Below are positions 44,914 to 54,208 of a stretch of 64,000 nucleotides of DNA, piece by piece (positions within the stretch are counted from its first letter, which is position 1; each line of letters opens with the position of its first letter). The translations under genes were made by a program, and so were the position numbers. The notes below the pieces were generated by a model. It was not told where the DNA came from and ran no database searches. It saw only the letters and a list, made by a program, of their open reading frames with translations. Source of the stretch: Thermoplasmata archaeon (GTDB taxonomy: Archaea; Thermoplasmatota; Thermoplasmata; Lutacidiplasmatales; UBA184); assembly GCA_035504595.1 (NCBI GenBank), contig DATJRQ010000018.1, forward strand, positions 5,204 through 69,203, given 5' to 3'.

Positions 44914-47900
44914 TGGCTACCGTTGAGGTCCGGCCCACAGGAAGCTTCTCGCCGGTAGCGGTCGTCTGGTGCCGGCAGGTCGATAACGAGGCGGAAAGCC
45001 CCGGCTACACGACGATCCCCGAGGAGTTTCCCGGCCGTCGGGAGACGCTCGAGACGATCCGGCTCGTCGGGAACCTGACGGTCAACGTCGCCGACACCCA
45101 CGATTACTGGGACCCCGACCCGGCGCAGACGCTCTCGTACTACCCGAACCTGTTCCTCTATCCGGCCGGTAACGGCCGCTACACCTGCATCGGCCGGATG
45201 TTCCTCTCGACCGAGGACCGTCCGCGCCTCGGGATGAAGACCCTCGTCCTGGACACCCCGCAGCTGGTCGCTTCCGGCGACTTTGGCGGCGCCGTGCTCC
45301 AGGCGTGGGCGTCGATGGGCGGTCGCCCCGGCGGAGATTCCCGACGGGGGGAACCCGACCCGGCAGTGTACCAGGCGGTCGGTGAAGGGTTCCTCTTCCA
45401 CCGGGGCACCACGGAGCCGGTCGTCATCGTCGCCGCCGAACAGTGGGAAAGCTCGATCGACGCGATGACCGAGCTGGTCCGAATGCTTCCCACGTCCCTC
45501 ACCGCGCTGGGGGCGTTCCTCGCGTTCCCGTACTTCCTTCCCGAAGGGAAGGTCAACCTCCACGAGTTCGCGGAGCAGATCCCGCTCGCCCTCGCCCTCA
45601 TGCGGGTCCCCGAGCGCGAGGCGCAGGGGGACCGCCACGCGAAGCGCATCCAGAGCTGGGAGTCGGCCCCGGTGTCGTTGCGCGACCTGACCAAGCCGGC
45701 GAACCCACGAGCGAAGGACCCCCTCCCGCTCGTGCTGCAGTACGTCCGCGACCATTCCGACGAGAAGATCCTCGAGGTGAGTCGCCGGGTCGACCTCGTC
45801 GAGGCGACCCGCCTGCGCGCCCACATGGAGGACTCGGACCACCAGGGCGGCAAGGACCGCCGCAAGGAGATGTGGCGGATCGGCACCGGCATGGAGAGCG
45901 CCGCGCTGCTGCTCGCCCGCCCCCGGGGGCGCCAGATTCCGATGACGGGAGAGGCGGCCCGGCGCGCGAACCAGTATCTGCAGGCGCACCCCGCGACCGA
46001 CTCGATCGTGGTGGCGCCGGCGAGCCGCCCGCTGCCGTCCGCCCCGACCAGCGATCCCGTGGCGGTGGCCGGGGCGAACCAGGTCCCACCCTGGCTGCAG
46101 CGCCCGCCCGAAGTGACCCTTCCCGCGCCCGGACCCGTCGCGGTCCCGGTGTCCGTGAGCGACGACCCGTCCACCCTCCCGACCGGGGTCGTGGCGCCCG
46201 CGCCGCTGCCGGCCCCGGACGCGAGGGCGCCGGCGCCGCCGCCGATCGCCGGGATCTCGATGGCCTCCCCCGCGCTCTCCGCGGAAGCGGAGCATCGGTT
46301 GCGCACCTACGTGGACCAGCGCTTCCAGGAGATCACCGCCCTCCTCCCCCCGCCCCCCGACCCGAAGGCCCTCGAGACGCGACTCGCCGCGGCCTCCCTG
46401 GACTCGGAGGCCCGAGCGAGCGCGAACCTCGACCGGCGGATGCGGGAACAGGCCGAGGCCCAGAGCCGGGCGCTGACGCAACTGCAGGCCGACCTGTCGG
46501 CCCGACTGAACACCCTCGAAGGGCGGCCCGTCCTCGTCCCGACCGCGATCCCCGACGAGGTCGCGCGCTTCCAGCGCGAAACGATCGACCCGAAGCTCGC
46601 CGACCAGTACGAGAAGGCGCGGCTCGCGATCAAGGGGTCCGCGGACGCGGTCACCGCCCAGCTCCGCAGCGAGATCGCGGACGCGACGGAGGAGATGCGT
46701 CTGCGCGCGGCGAAGTCGGAGGAAGAGCTCCGGGTCGCGCTCATCGCGCAGATGGACCTCGAGATCCGCGAGGCGAAGGAGCAAGGCTCGACGCTCCGGG
46801 AAGAGATCGAGGGCCGCGTCCAGGCGATCCTGAAGGAACGGCTGACCGAGCTGGACGCGCGCCGCACGAAGGAGGCTCGGGAATCCGAGCAGCGTCTCGC
46901 GATCCTTGTGGACGGCCGCGTGAAAGACCTCGAGACCCGCGTCATCTCCTCGCTCGGAGCGCAACGGGACGCGCTCCAGCGCTCCTCCCAGGACCAGATC
47001 GCCCAGGTCGAGCGGCGGCTCGAACTCGCCGACCAGGCGCGGCTCGCCTCCCTCACCGAATCGCAGAACACGGCGCTCGCCGGTCTCCAGGTCCGCCTCC
47101 AGTCGTACTTCGACCAGCGGATGCGGGAGGACCAGGAACGGGAGCGCGAGAAGTACGTCGAGCTGCTGGCCCGCCTGAAAACCGAGGTCGACCAGGGGCT
47201 CGCCCACACGGTCGATTCCGCCGAGTTCGACCGCGCGGTCCAGACCCGGACCTTGCGGACCGTCGAGGCGCTCCACCTCGCCGACCAGAAGACGCTCGAC
47301 CTCAAGGTCGCGGACGCCGCGGCCCGGTTGAAATCCGAGCAGGGCAGTTCGATCGCCCGGCTCGCCCAGGTGGAGACGCAATTGCGCGATCGCGAGACGG
47401 CGATCGCGAACGTCGAGAAGAACGTGCGCACCGACCTCGAGGAGCTCGACCGTCGCCTCCAGGTGATGGCCGACCGGATGGTGCCCCTCGTCCGGAACAC
47501 CTGGCTCAAGGTCGAGGACCTGCAGAAGGGCGGGAGCCTGTCGGAACAGGCCGAGACCCGGATGAAGGAGTTCCGCCGGGAGTTCTCGCGCGAGCTCCGC
47601 CGCATCGAGGGCGAGATGCTCGAGCAGACGACCGAACTGCGGGACCGGATGGAAGGCGCGATCGCGCACCAGGGACGGATCTGGCTCAACTTCGTGCGGC
47701 AAATGGCCGACGCGGACGACGACGAGCCGCGCGTGATGGACCCTGCGTCCCGCTCGCTGCGCCGGGTCGCGCACGCGGCGGCGAACAGTCCGCTGCCCGA
47801 CCCTCGCGTCCCGCCGACCCGGGCCCGACCGACGTTCCAGCCGTTCGACGAGGTGCGGCGGGACGACCCGGTGAACCCACTCGACCCCCGCCCGGACCCG

Positions 47901-47942
47901 GGCGAAGTGGCCGAGCGTCGGCGCGCCCAGCGGACGAGCTAG
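44910..47942 (+). CDS. Large protein: globular N-terminal domain (GAP1-N/uDENN-like?), Pro-rich linker, long coiled coil
   Basis: GTGATG overlap with the GTPase stop; VVWC...ESPGY...IGRMFLSTEDRPRLGMKTLVL N-terminus; E/R/L/Q-rich helical C-half. Confidence 0.7.
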   Translation: MMATVEVRPTGSFSPVAVVWCRQVDNEAESPGYTTIPEEFPGRRETLETIRLVGNLTVNVADTHDYWDPDPAQTLSYYPNLFLYPAGNGRYTCIGRMFLSTEDRPRLGMKTLVLDTPQLVASGDFGGAVLQAWASMGGRPGGDSRRGEPDPAVYQAVGEGFLFHRGTTEPVVIVAAEQWESSIDAMTELVRMLPTSLTALGAFLAFPYFLPEGKVNLHEFAEQIPLALALMRVPEREAQGDRHAKRIQSWESAPVSLRDLTKPANPRAKDPLPLVLQYVRDHSDEKILEVSRRVDLVEATRLRAHMEDSDHQGGKDRRKEMWRIGTGMESAALLLARPRGRQIPMTGEAARRANQYLQAHPATDSIVVAPASRPLPSAPTSDPVAVAGANQVPPWLQRPPEVTLPAPGPVAVPVSVSDDPSTLPTGVVAPAPLPAPDARAPAPPPIAGISMASPALSAEAEHRLRTYVDQRFQEITALLPPPPDPKALETRLAAASLDSEARASANLDRRMREQAEAQSRALTQLQADLSARLNTLEGRPVLVPTAIPDEVARFQRETIDPKLADQYEKARLAIKGSADAVTAQLRSEIADATEEMRLRAAKSEEELRVALIAQMDLEIREAKEQGSTLREEIEGRVQAILKERLTELDARRTKEARESEQRLAILVDGRVKDLETRVISSLGAQRDALQRSSQDQIAQVERRLELADQARLASLTESQNTALAGLQVRLQSYFDQRMREDQEREREKYVELLARLKTEVDQGLAHTVDSAEFDRAVQTRTLRTVEALHLADQKTLDLKVADAAARLKSEQGSSIARLAQVETQLRDRETAIANVEKNVRTDLEELDRRLQVMADRMVPLVRNTWLKVEDLQKGGSLSEQAETRMKEFRREFSRELRRIEGEMLEQTTELRDRMEGAIAHQGRIWLNFVRQMADADDDEPRVMDPASRSLRRVAHAAANSPLPDPRVPPTRARPTFQPFDEVRRDDPVNPLDPRPDPGEVAERRRAQRTS

Positions 47943-47991
47943 GGCCGCTCGGGCCGGTCAACGCTAAGCCCCCGCGCTCCGTCGAGGGGAC

Positions 47992-48171
47992 GTGACCGAG
48001 GACCACCGTCACTGCAAGGTGTGCGGCAAGCCCGTGGGGCCCGGCAAGGACACCTGCAGCACCGCCTGCCGCGAGAAACGCGAGGCGGTCGCCCGCACGA
48101 AGAAGATGTACACCTACGTCCTGTACGGGATGATCGCGCTCCTCCTGATCCTGCTCGTCGTCCGGCTGTAG
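47992..48171 (+). CDS. DUF2116-family Zn-ribbon membrane protein (absent from the ORF track)
   Basis: MTEDHRHCKVCGKPV...CSTAC followed by a C-terminal TM helix; GAGGGG SD. Confidence 0.85.
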   Translation: MTEDHRHCKVCGKPVGPGKDTCSTACREKREAVARTKKMYTYVLYGMIALLLILLVVRL

Positions 48172-48184
48172 CGGGGCGTTCGTT

Positions 48185-49009
48185 GTGCCCCGGTACGGAC
48201 GGGTCGTCCTCGGCGGGACCTTCGACCGCCTCCATCTGGGCCACGAGGCGATGCTCCGGACCGCGTTCGCGGCGGGCCGCACCGTCGCGATCGGTCTGAC
48301 GAGCGCGAGGTTCCTCGCCGCGCACCCAAAGCCCGGCTCCGACCGCATCCAGCCGTACGCGACCCGTCACCGTGCGCTCACGCGGTGGCTGGGGGCTCGG
48401 TACCCGACGGCCCGATGGGTCGTGGTGCCGTTGAACGACCGATTCGGGCGGTCGGTCGAGGACGGGGTCGACGCCCTCGTGGTCTCGGCCGACACCCTCG
48501 CGGGCGGGCAGGCCGTGAACGCCGAGCGCCGACGGCTCGGGCGCCGCGCGGTGCCGGTGCTGACGGTCCCGCTCGTCCTCGCGGACGACCTCCGACCGGT
48601 GAGCTCGCGCCGGATCCGCTCCGGAGAGATCGACCGGTATGGCCGGCGCCTCAGCCGGATCCGGGTCGGGCTCTCCGTCGAGATCGCGTCGGACCGGGCG
48701 CCGGCCGAGCTCGGGATTCGATCCGCGTTCCCCCGGGCCCGGGTCGTGCGCACCCCGTTCCCCCGCGCCCAGTCGCGGCACCTCACGCGGCTCGACAACG
48801 CCCTCCGGGCGGCCACGCGGGACACCGAACTTGGGGTCGCTGTGGGGGCCCCGGACCCGACGCACCGCGCGATCGTCGCGGGGATCGGCCCGGTCGCCCT
48901 CCCGCCCTGGGTGCTGTCCCGGACGGGCCCCGCCGCGCTCCGCGACGGGATCGCGCGTGAGCTGCGCCGTTCCGCGGCGGCGAAGCTCTTTAGCGCCCCA
49001 CCCCCGTAG
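48185..49009 (+). CDS. coaD: Archaeal phosphopantetheine adenylyltransferase with degenerate C-terminal domain
   Basis: GGTFDRLHLGH, LVVSADT, VNAER, PVSSRRIRSGEID. Confidence 0.88.
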   Translation: MPRYGRVVLGGTFDRLHLGHEAMLRTAFAAGRTVAIGLTSARFLAAHPKPGSDRIQPYATRHRALTRWLGARYPTARWVVVPLNDRFGRSVEDGVDALVVSADTLAGGQAVNAERRRLGRRAVPVLTVPLVLADDLRPVSSRRIRSGEIDRYGRRLSRIRVGLSVEIASDRAPAELGIRSAFPRARVVRTPFPRAQSRHLTRLDNALRAATRDTELGVAVGAPDPTHRAIVAGIGPVALPPWVLSRTGPAALRDGIARELRRSAAAKLFSAPPP

Positions 49010-49017
49010 CTGCGGCG

Positions 49018-49239
49018 ATGGAGACGTACCTGCGCGTCACGTTCGACAGCGAGGGAGCGAAGCCGTCCGAGGTCGCGGACCGGCTCCGCTCGTTCGGGTT
49101 CCAGCCGACGCAAGGGAACTACGACTTCGTCTACGACTGGCAAGGCGCCGCGTCCCGCGACCAGATCCTGGACCTCTCCGACGAGCTCACCCGGCGTTTG
49201 CGCGGGTATCGCGTCCGCATCGAGATCGAGACGGTGTAG
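49018..49239 (+). CDS. Small hypothetical protein of probable ferredoxin-like fold
   Basis: Strong GC3 codon bias; TYLRVTFDSEGAKPSEV...GNYDFVYDW...IETV. Confidence 0.7.
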   Translation: METYLRVTFDSEGAKPSEVADRLRSFGFQPTQGNYDFVYDWQGAASRDQILDLSDELTRRLRGYRVRIEIETV

Positions 49240-49287
49240 CCCGCGGCCTGAACGTTTTTAAGACGCCCCGATTTTGGACGGTCCGCC

Positions 49288-49614
49288 GTGCAGAAGTACC
49301 CGGTGCGTGCGACCCACCGTAAGAACCTCGACGGAGCCGCGCTCGCCGCCATCGCGCGGAACCATTTCGAGGACGTCGCGCCCGATGGCACCGGCGTCGT
49401 CGGGCACTGGGGCGCGATCCAACGCATCTCGGCGCGCGCGGAGAACAAGGAGCTCCTCGTGGACCTCACGATGAACCCGAAGGTCGACGTGCAGGTCGCC
49501 GCGGAGACGATCGCCCGGTACAACCGGTTCCTCGAGGAAGCGACCGGGTACAGCTCGAAAGAGCGGGCGAAACGCCTGCGGAAGGCGGCCACGGCCGGCG
49601 CCGACGGGGCCTGA
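49288..49614 (+). CDS. DUF5611-like protein
   Basis: YNRFLEEATGYSSKERAK signature; TTTTTAAG about 26 nt upstream. Confidence 0.75.
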   Translation: MQKYPVRATHRKNLDGAALAAIARNHFEDVAPDGTGVVGHWGAIQRISARAENKELLVDLTMNPKVDVQVAAETIARYNRFLEEATGYSSKERAKRLRKAATAGADGA

Positions 49615-49617
49615 GGC

Positions 49618-51216
49618 ATGGGCGGCCGGCCCCCCGGACCGCTCCCGACCGCGGGAAGTTCGACCGAGCTGGACCGGGTGCGGGCGCTCGTCAGCGCCTA
49701 CTTTCCGGTCTACGAGACCCGGATCGGCCCCCAGTCCGTCCTCCTCGCCGTCCACGTGGACCCGACGACGCTCGAGTCAAAGTTCGACGGACTCCGGAGG
49801 GAGCTGTGGACCCTCCAGTACGTGCCGATCCTGCGGCGGCAGTCGGGGGAGGAGTTCATCGAGGTCGTCCGCCGGCCCAAGGCGGGCCCTTCGCGTCTGT
49901 GGGTGAACTTCCTGCTGCTGCTCGGGACGGTCGCGACGACCACCTTCGCCGGTTCGCTGATCTGGCTCGCCTACGTCGGCGGCGCGACCCTCGGATGGAA
50001 CGATGTCGCGTATGGGGCGCTGTACTTCTCGGCCCCCGTGATGACGATCCTCGGCCTCCACGAGCTCGCCCACTATGTGGTCGCGCGGCGCCACCATGTC
50101 GAGGCGTCGCTGCCGTACTTCCTACCGGTGCCCCCGCCGTTCCTGTTCGGGACGTTCGGCGCGTTCATCAGCATCCGCGAGCCGTTCCCGGACAAGAAGG
50201 CGCTGTTCGACATCGGAGCGGCGGGCCCCCTCGCGGGCTTCGCGGCCTCGATACCGATCGTCCTCGCGGGCGCGTATCTGAACCTGCACACGGCGACGGT
50301 GCCGCTCTCCTACTGCGGCCCGACCGTGTTGGGGGTCAGCTACGGGAACCTGATCGTCGGCACGCCGCTCTTCCTGTTCCTCCTGTCCAAGTTCATCCCG
50401 TTCGCGACCGCGAGCATCACGCCGCTCGAGCTCGCGGGGTGGGTGGGGATCCTCGTCACCGCGATCAACCTGCTGCCCGCCAGCCAGCTCGATGGGGGTC
50501 ACGTCTTCCGCGCGCTGCTCGGCGACCGGACCCGATACCTCAGCTACGCCGTGGTGGTCCTGCTCCTCGGGATCGGGCTCCTGTTCTACACGGGCTGGAT
50601 CATCTTCGCGATCCTGATCCTGTTCCTCGGGGTCCGACACCCGCCGCCGCTGAACGATACGTCGCCGCTCGACGCGAAACGGTACCTCGTCGGCGCCTGC
50701 GTCGCGGCGGTGCTCGTCACCGGCTTCGTCCTCACTCCGCTCGCCACCCCGCCCGGGGCGATGAACCTGAACAGCGAATCGGCGGTCGGAGTCGCCCCGC
50801 CCTCCGGCGCGCTGATCGCGGCCAACCTCTCGGTGACTGTCGTGAACCTGGACCCGGTCGCCCACGCCTTCTGGTTCGCGTCCTCGGTGACGAACGTCAC
50901 GTTACGGACCGGAAACAGCACGACCGACGTCACGGGAGGCCCGTTGTTCACGGCGTTCGTCGCGAATTCGACCTGGGTGTACCACCTGCCGGGCGGCAAG
51001 AGCTACACGTTCACGGGAAACAACGTGAGCCTGCCGCAGTCGGCGTTCGTGACGATCAACGCGAGCGGCTCGGGGAGCGACTCCGCCCTCCTCGTCATCA
51101 CGTTCTCGAACACCGACGCGGCCACCGGGGCCGGGTTCGCCTTCGGAGCGAACGAGTTCTGCGCGTCCTCGACCGGCGGGACCGACTCTACGTCGTGGGT
51201 CGCCGGGTGGCCGTAG
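49618..51216 (+). CDS. Site-2 protease (M50) with C-terminal extracellular extension
   Basis: HELAH, GTFGAFI, GAAGPLAG, NLLPASQLDGGH; Ser/Thr/Asn-rich tail. Confidence 0.9.
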   Translation: MGGRPPGPLPTAGSSTELDRVRALVSAYFPVYETRIGPQSVLLAVHVDPTTLESKFDGLRRELWTLQYVPILRRQSGEEFIEVVRRPKAGPSRLWVNFLLLLGTVATTTFAGSLIWLAYVGGATLGWNDVAYGALYFSAPVMTILGLHELAHYVVARRHHVEASLPYFLPVPPPFLFGTFGAFISIREPFPDKKALFDIGAAGPLAGFAASIPIVLAGAYLNLHTATVPLSYCGPTVLGVSYGNLIVGTPLFLFLLSKFIPFATASITPLELAGWVGILVTAINLLPASQLDGGHVFRALLGDRTRYLSYAVVVLLLGIGLLFYTGWIIFAILILFLGVRHPPPLNDTSPLDAKRYLVGACVAAVLVTGFVLTPLATPPGAMNLNSESAVGVAPPSGALIAANLSVTVVNLDPVAHAFWFASSVTNVTLRTGNSTTDVTGGPLFTAFVANSTWVYHLPGGKSYTFTGNNVSLPQSAFVTINASGSGSDSALLVITFSNTDAATGAGFAFGANEFCASSTGGTDSTSWVAGWP

Positions 51217-52225
51217 CGCCCGACCGCTCGAATACGCGGAACTCCCGCGTCAGGCTGCGGTGGACCCGGACCGTCGCCCGCAGCACGGAGGTCCACTCCG
51301 GCCCGGGCACGTCGATCGGACCGGGCACGACGATCACGATCCGGCCCCCGGGCCGGACCCGCTCGGCCCAGCGCGGCAGCACGCGCGCGACGACCTCGCG
51401 CGCGCCCTCGCCGCCGGTGCTCGAGGCCCGGCCGTACGGCGGGTCGGTGACGATGGCGTCGAACGGGGTCGACGGGTCCCGGAACTCCGAGGTTCCGGCG
51501 TCCCCGACGATCAGCTCCTCCGCCGCCAGCCCCAGGTGCCCGAGGTTGCGCAGCGCTCCGCGGACCATCTCCGGGTCCCGGTCGATCCCGAACAGACGGG
51601 CGCCGAGCAACCCCGCCTCGGCGAGCAGTGCACCGGTCCCGACGAACGGGTCGACCACGCGGTCGCCGGGACGCACCCGGGCCAGGTTCGCCGCCGCGCG
51701 GGCGAAGCGGGGCGGCAGGCTGACCGGGCGCTGGAACGGAAGGGACGGCATGCGGCGGTCGGAGACGGCCCTCCGGTCGACCGCGGCGCCCTCCTCGAGC
51801 AGGTGGTCCGTCCCGTTCAGATCGTCGACCAGCCAGTAGCGGTGCACGGGGTTCGCCAATCGGATCTGGCCACCGCCCCGCTTGAAGGCCGCTCCCGCCC
51901 CGAGGACCCCGCCGTCCGTCGCACCGGAGGTGGGCCGACCCAGCCGACGCACGGCCGCGGTGCCTCCGCCCTTCCCCGCCCGCTCGAGGGTCGGACCGAT
52001 CTCGTCGCCGGACGCGAGCGCGCGGAGGCATCGGTGCGCCAGAGCGAGGCGAGCGGCCAGTTGAGGGACGGTCGAGTCGCTGGGAAGCCGAACGCCCACC
52101 AGACCAACGTCGCCGAGGGAAGGGTCCGGAGCGGCGTCGCCCCCGAGGGCCTCGGCCGCCGCGACCGCCTCGGCGGCGGCGAGCGCCGGCGCCTCGCCCG
52201 AAAGTTCGACCCACGCCGAGATCAT
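51188..52225 (-). CDS. trmG10: tRNA m2G10 methyltransferase (TrmG10/Trm11-like)
   Basis: RPVSLPPRFARAAANL, DPFVGTG, TDPPYGR, VHRSLTR. Confidence 0.85.
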   Translation of the reverse strand: MISAWVELSGEAPALAAAEAVAAAEALGGDAAPDPSLGDVGLVGVRLPSDSTVPQLAARLALAHRCLRALASGDEIGPTLERAGKGGGTAAVRRLGRPTSGATDGGVLGAGAAFKRGGGQIRLANPVHRYWLVDDLNGTDHLLEEGAAVDRRAVSDRRMPSLPFQRPVSLPPRFARAAANLARVRPGDRVVDPFVGTGALLAEAGLLGARLFGIDRDPEMVRGALRNLGHLGLAAEELIVGDAGTSEFRDPSTPFDAIVTDPPYGRASSTGGEGAREVVARVLPRWAERVRPGGRIVIVVPGPIDVPGPEWTSVLRATVRVHRSLTREFRVFERSGATATRRPTT

Positions 52226-52695
52226 ACGGCCCCACCGGTCCATTCCCGAAGCCGGCGACGTACGGACGCGGTGTGCGTGCCTTCCCAATAGAGGTGCCCG
52301 CACGAGGCGCACCGATAGACCACCAGTCCGGCACGGATGCGGTCCCACGGAATCCCCGATTGCGGGGTCGACGGATCGGCCGCGAAGCCGGCCCGCAGGG
52401 GACCGTTGCACACGGTGCACCGGTCGAATCGGACGTCCCGCGGGAGGGAGGGGAGCGCCGCCCACGCTTCGCGGACCTGGCGCGCGATCTCGGTGGTGCG
52501 GAGCAACACCGAGCCGGGGAGGCGCCGGGCAAGCTCCCGGTCGCGCGTCACCACGATGCGGCGCTCGGCGCGGGCTCGTTCTACGATCGTGTCATCGGAC
52601 CATCCGCGCGCGTACTCCGTGTCGCACCCCACCATGCGGAGGTACCGCGCCAGGCGGCCCACCATCTCGTCGGCGAGGAGGCGGGGGGGCGCCAT
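52222..52695 (-). CDS. Mut7-C RNase (PIN plus Zn ribbon) domain protein
   Basis: LADEMVGRLARYLRMVGCDT, VTRDREL, CTVCN...CASCGHLYWEGTH. Confidence 0.88.
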   Translation of the reverse strand: MAPPRLLADEMVGRLARYLRMVGCDTEYARGWSDDTIVERARAERRIVVTRDRELARRLPGSVLLRTTEIARQVREAWAALPSLPRDVRFDRCTVCNGPLRAGFAADPSTPQSGIPWDRIRAGLVVYRCASCGHLYWEGTHTASVRRRLREWTGGAV

Positions 52696-52779
52696 GCCGC
52701 GGGGACCGGAGCGCCGCGATTTACCGTTGACCGTTATATGGGGGCCGGTCTCTGGGCCCGACCCCCGAGGGACCCCTCC

Positions 52780-54204
52780 GTGCGGCTGTTCGGAACCAAC
52801 GGAATCCGTGAGGTGGTGGGGGAGGGCCTCACCGCCGAATTTGTCACTCGCGTCGCCGGGGCGATCGCGGCCGAGTTCCGGCCGGGAAAACCGATCCTGG
52901 TCGGGATGGACGGTCGCACGTCCAGTCCCGCCTTCTCCCGGATCGTAAGTGGAACCCTCGCCCTCGCCGGGCACGACGTGCTCGAGATCGGGGTCCTCCC
53001 GACCCCGGCGGTCCAGTACAACGTGACGCGGCTGGGCGCTCAGCTCGCGGTGATCGTCACCGCGTCGCACAATCCTCGCGAGTTCAACGGTATCAAGTGC
53101 ATCGCCGAGGACGGGCTCGAGATCTCGCGCGCCACCGAGCAATCGATCGAGACGTCGGTCGAGGCGGGGAGGACAGCGACCGTACCGTACGACCGGGTGG
53201 GGGAGATCACCCCCCAGAGCGACGGCGCCCGTCGCTACGTCGAGGGGATCCTCGGGCAGGTCGACGTGGCGAGGATTCGGGCACGGAAGTTCACGGTCGT
53301 GTTGGATTGCGGTAACGGGGCCTCCGTTCCGACCAGCCCGAGTCTCCTTCGGAAGCTCGGGTGCCGGGTCCTCACCCTGAACGGGCACGTGGACGGGACG
53401 TTCCCCGGCCATCTCTCCGAGCCGACCGAGGAGAACATCGCCGACCTTCGCAAGATGGTACCCGCGGTCGGGGCCGACCTCGGGATCGCCCATGACGGAG
53501 ACGCCGACCGCGCGGTGTTCGTGGACGCGACGGGGCGGTTCGTGCCCGGCGAGGAGATGCTCACGTTGCTCGGCGAGGACGCCGTGCGCCGGCACAAGGG
53601 CGGGGTCGTCGTCACTCCGGTCTCCGCCTCCCAAAGCCTCGAGGACGTGGTCACGGCGGCCGGCGGGACGGTGGTGTACACGCGCATCGGCTCACCGGTC
53701 GTCACGCACGAGCTCCAGGAGCGCCACGGCATCTTCGGCGGCGAAGAGAACGGCGGACTGATCTTCCCGGAGTTCCAGCTCGCGCGCGACGGCGGGATGA
53801 CCGCCGCTGCGACGCTCGACCTGCTAGCGCGCCGGGGGGTGGGCCTCATCGAGGCTCTGGCGCCGCTCCCGAGGTACGCCCTCGTCAAGGTGAAGGAACC
53901 GGTGCCGGCCGCGATCCGCGAGCCGGTGATCGCTCGAGTGGCCGACCGGCTGAAAGCGGGCAGCGACCGCGTGGTCACCATCGACGGCGTGAAGGCGTTC
54001 CGGGACGGCGGCTGGGTGCTGGTGCGGGCGTCGGGCACCGAACCGCTGTTCCGGGTCTTTGCCGAGTCCAAGGACCGGGCGAAGGCCCAGTCGCTGGCGA
54101 AGCTCGGGGTCGACGCGCTGCGGGCGGCGGTCGAGGACGTGGGCCGGTCGGACCGACCGTCGGCGCGCGAACGCCCGGCCCGCGGGAAGTCCCCGCGCTC
54201 GTAG
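52780..54204 (+). CDS. glmM: Phosphoglucosamine mutase / phosphomannomutase
   Basis: LFGTNGIR, TASHNP, DGDADR, GEENGG, RASGTEP. Confidence 0.88.
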   Translation: MRLFGTNGIREVVGEGLTAEFVTRVAGAIAAEFRPGKPILVGMDGRTSSPAFSRIVSGTLALAGHDVLEIGVLPTPAVQYNVTRLGAQLAVIVTASHNPREFNGIKCIAEDGLEISRATEQSIETSVEAGRTATVPYDRVGEITPQSDGARRYVEGILGQVDVARIRARKFTVVLDCGNGASVPTSPSLLRKLGCRVLTLNGHVDGTFPGHLSEPTEENIADLRKMVPAVGADLGIAHDGDADRAVFVDATGRFVPGEEMLTLLGEDAVRRHKGGVVVTPVSASQSLEDVVTAAGGTVVYTRIGSPVVTHELQERHGIFGGEENGGLIFPEFQLARDGGMTAAATLDLLARRGVGLIEALAPLPRYALVKVKEPVPAAIREPVIARVADRLKAGSDRVVTIDGVKAFRDGGWVLVRASGTEPLFRVFAESKDRAKAQSLAKLGVDALRAAVEDVGRSDRPSARERPARGKSPRS

Positions 54205-54208
54205 CGCC

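Noticed and set aside
44583..47774. 1063-aa minus-strand ORF
   Set aside because: Antisense shadow of the coiled-coil gene
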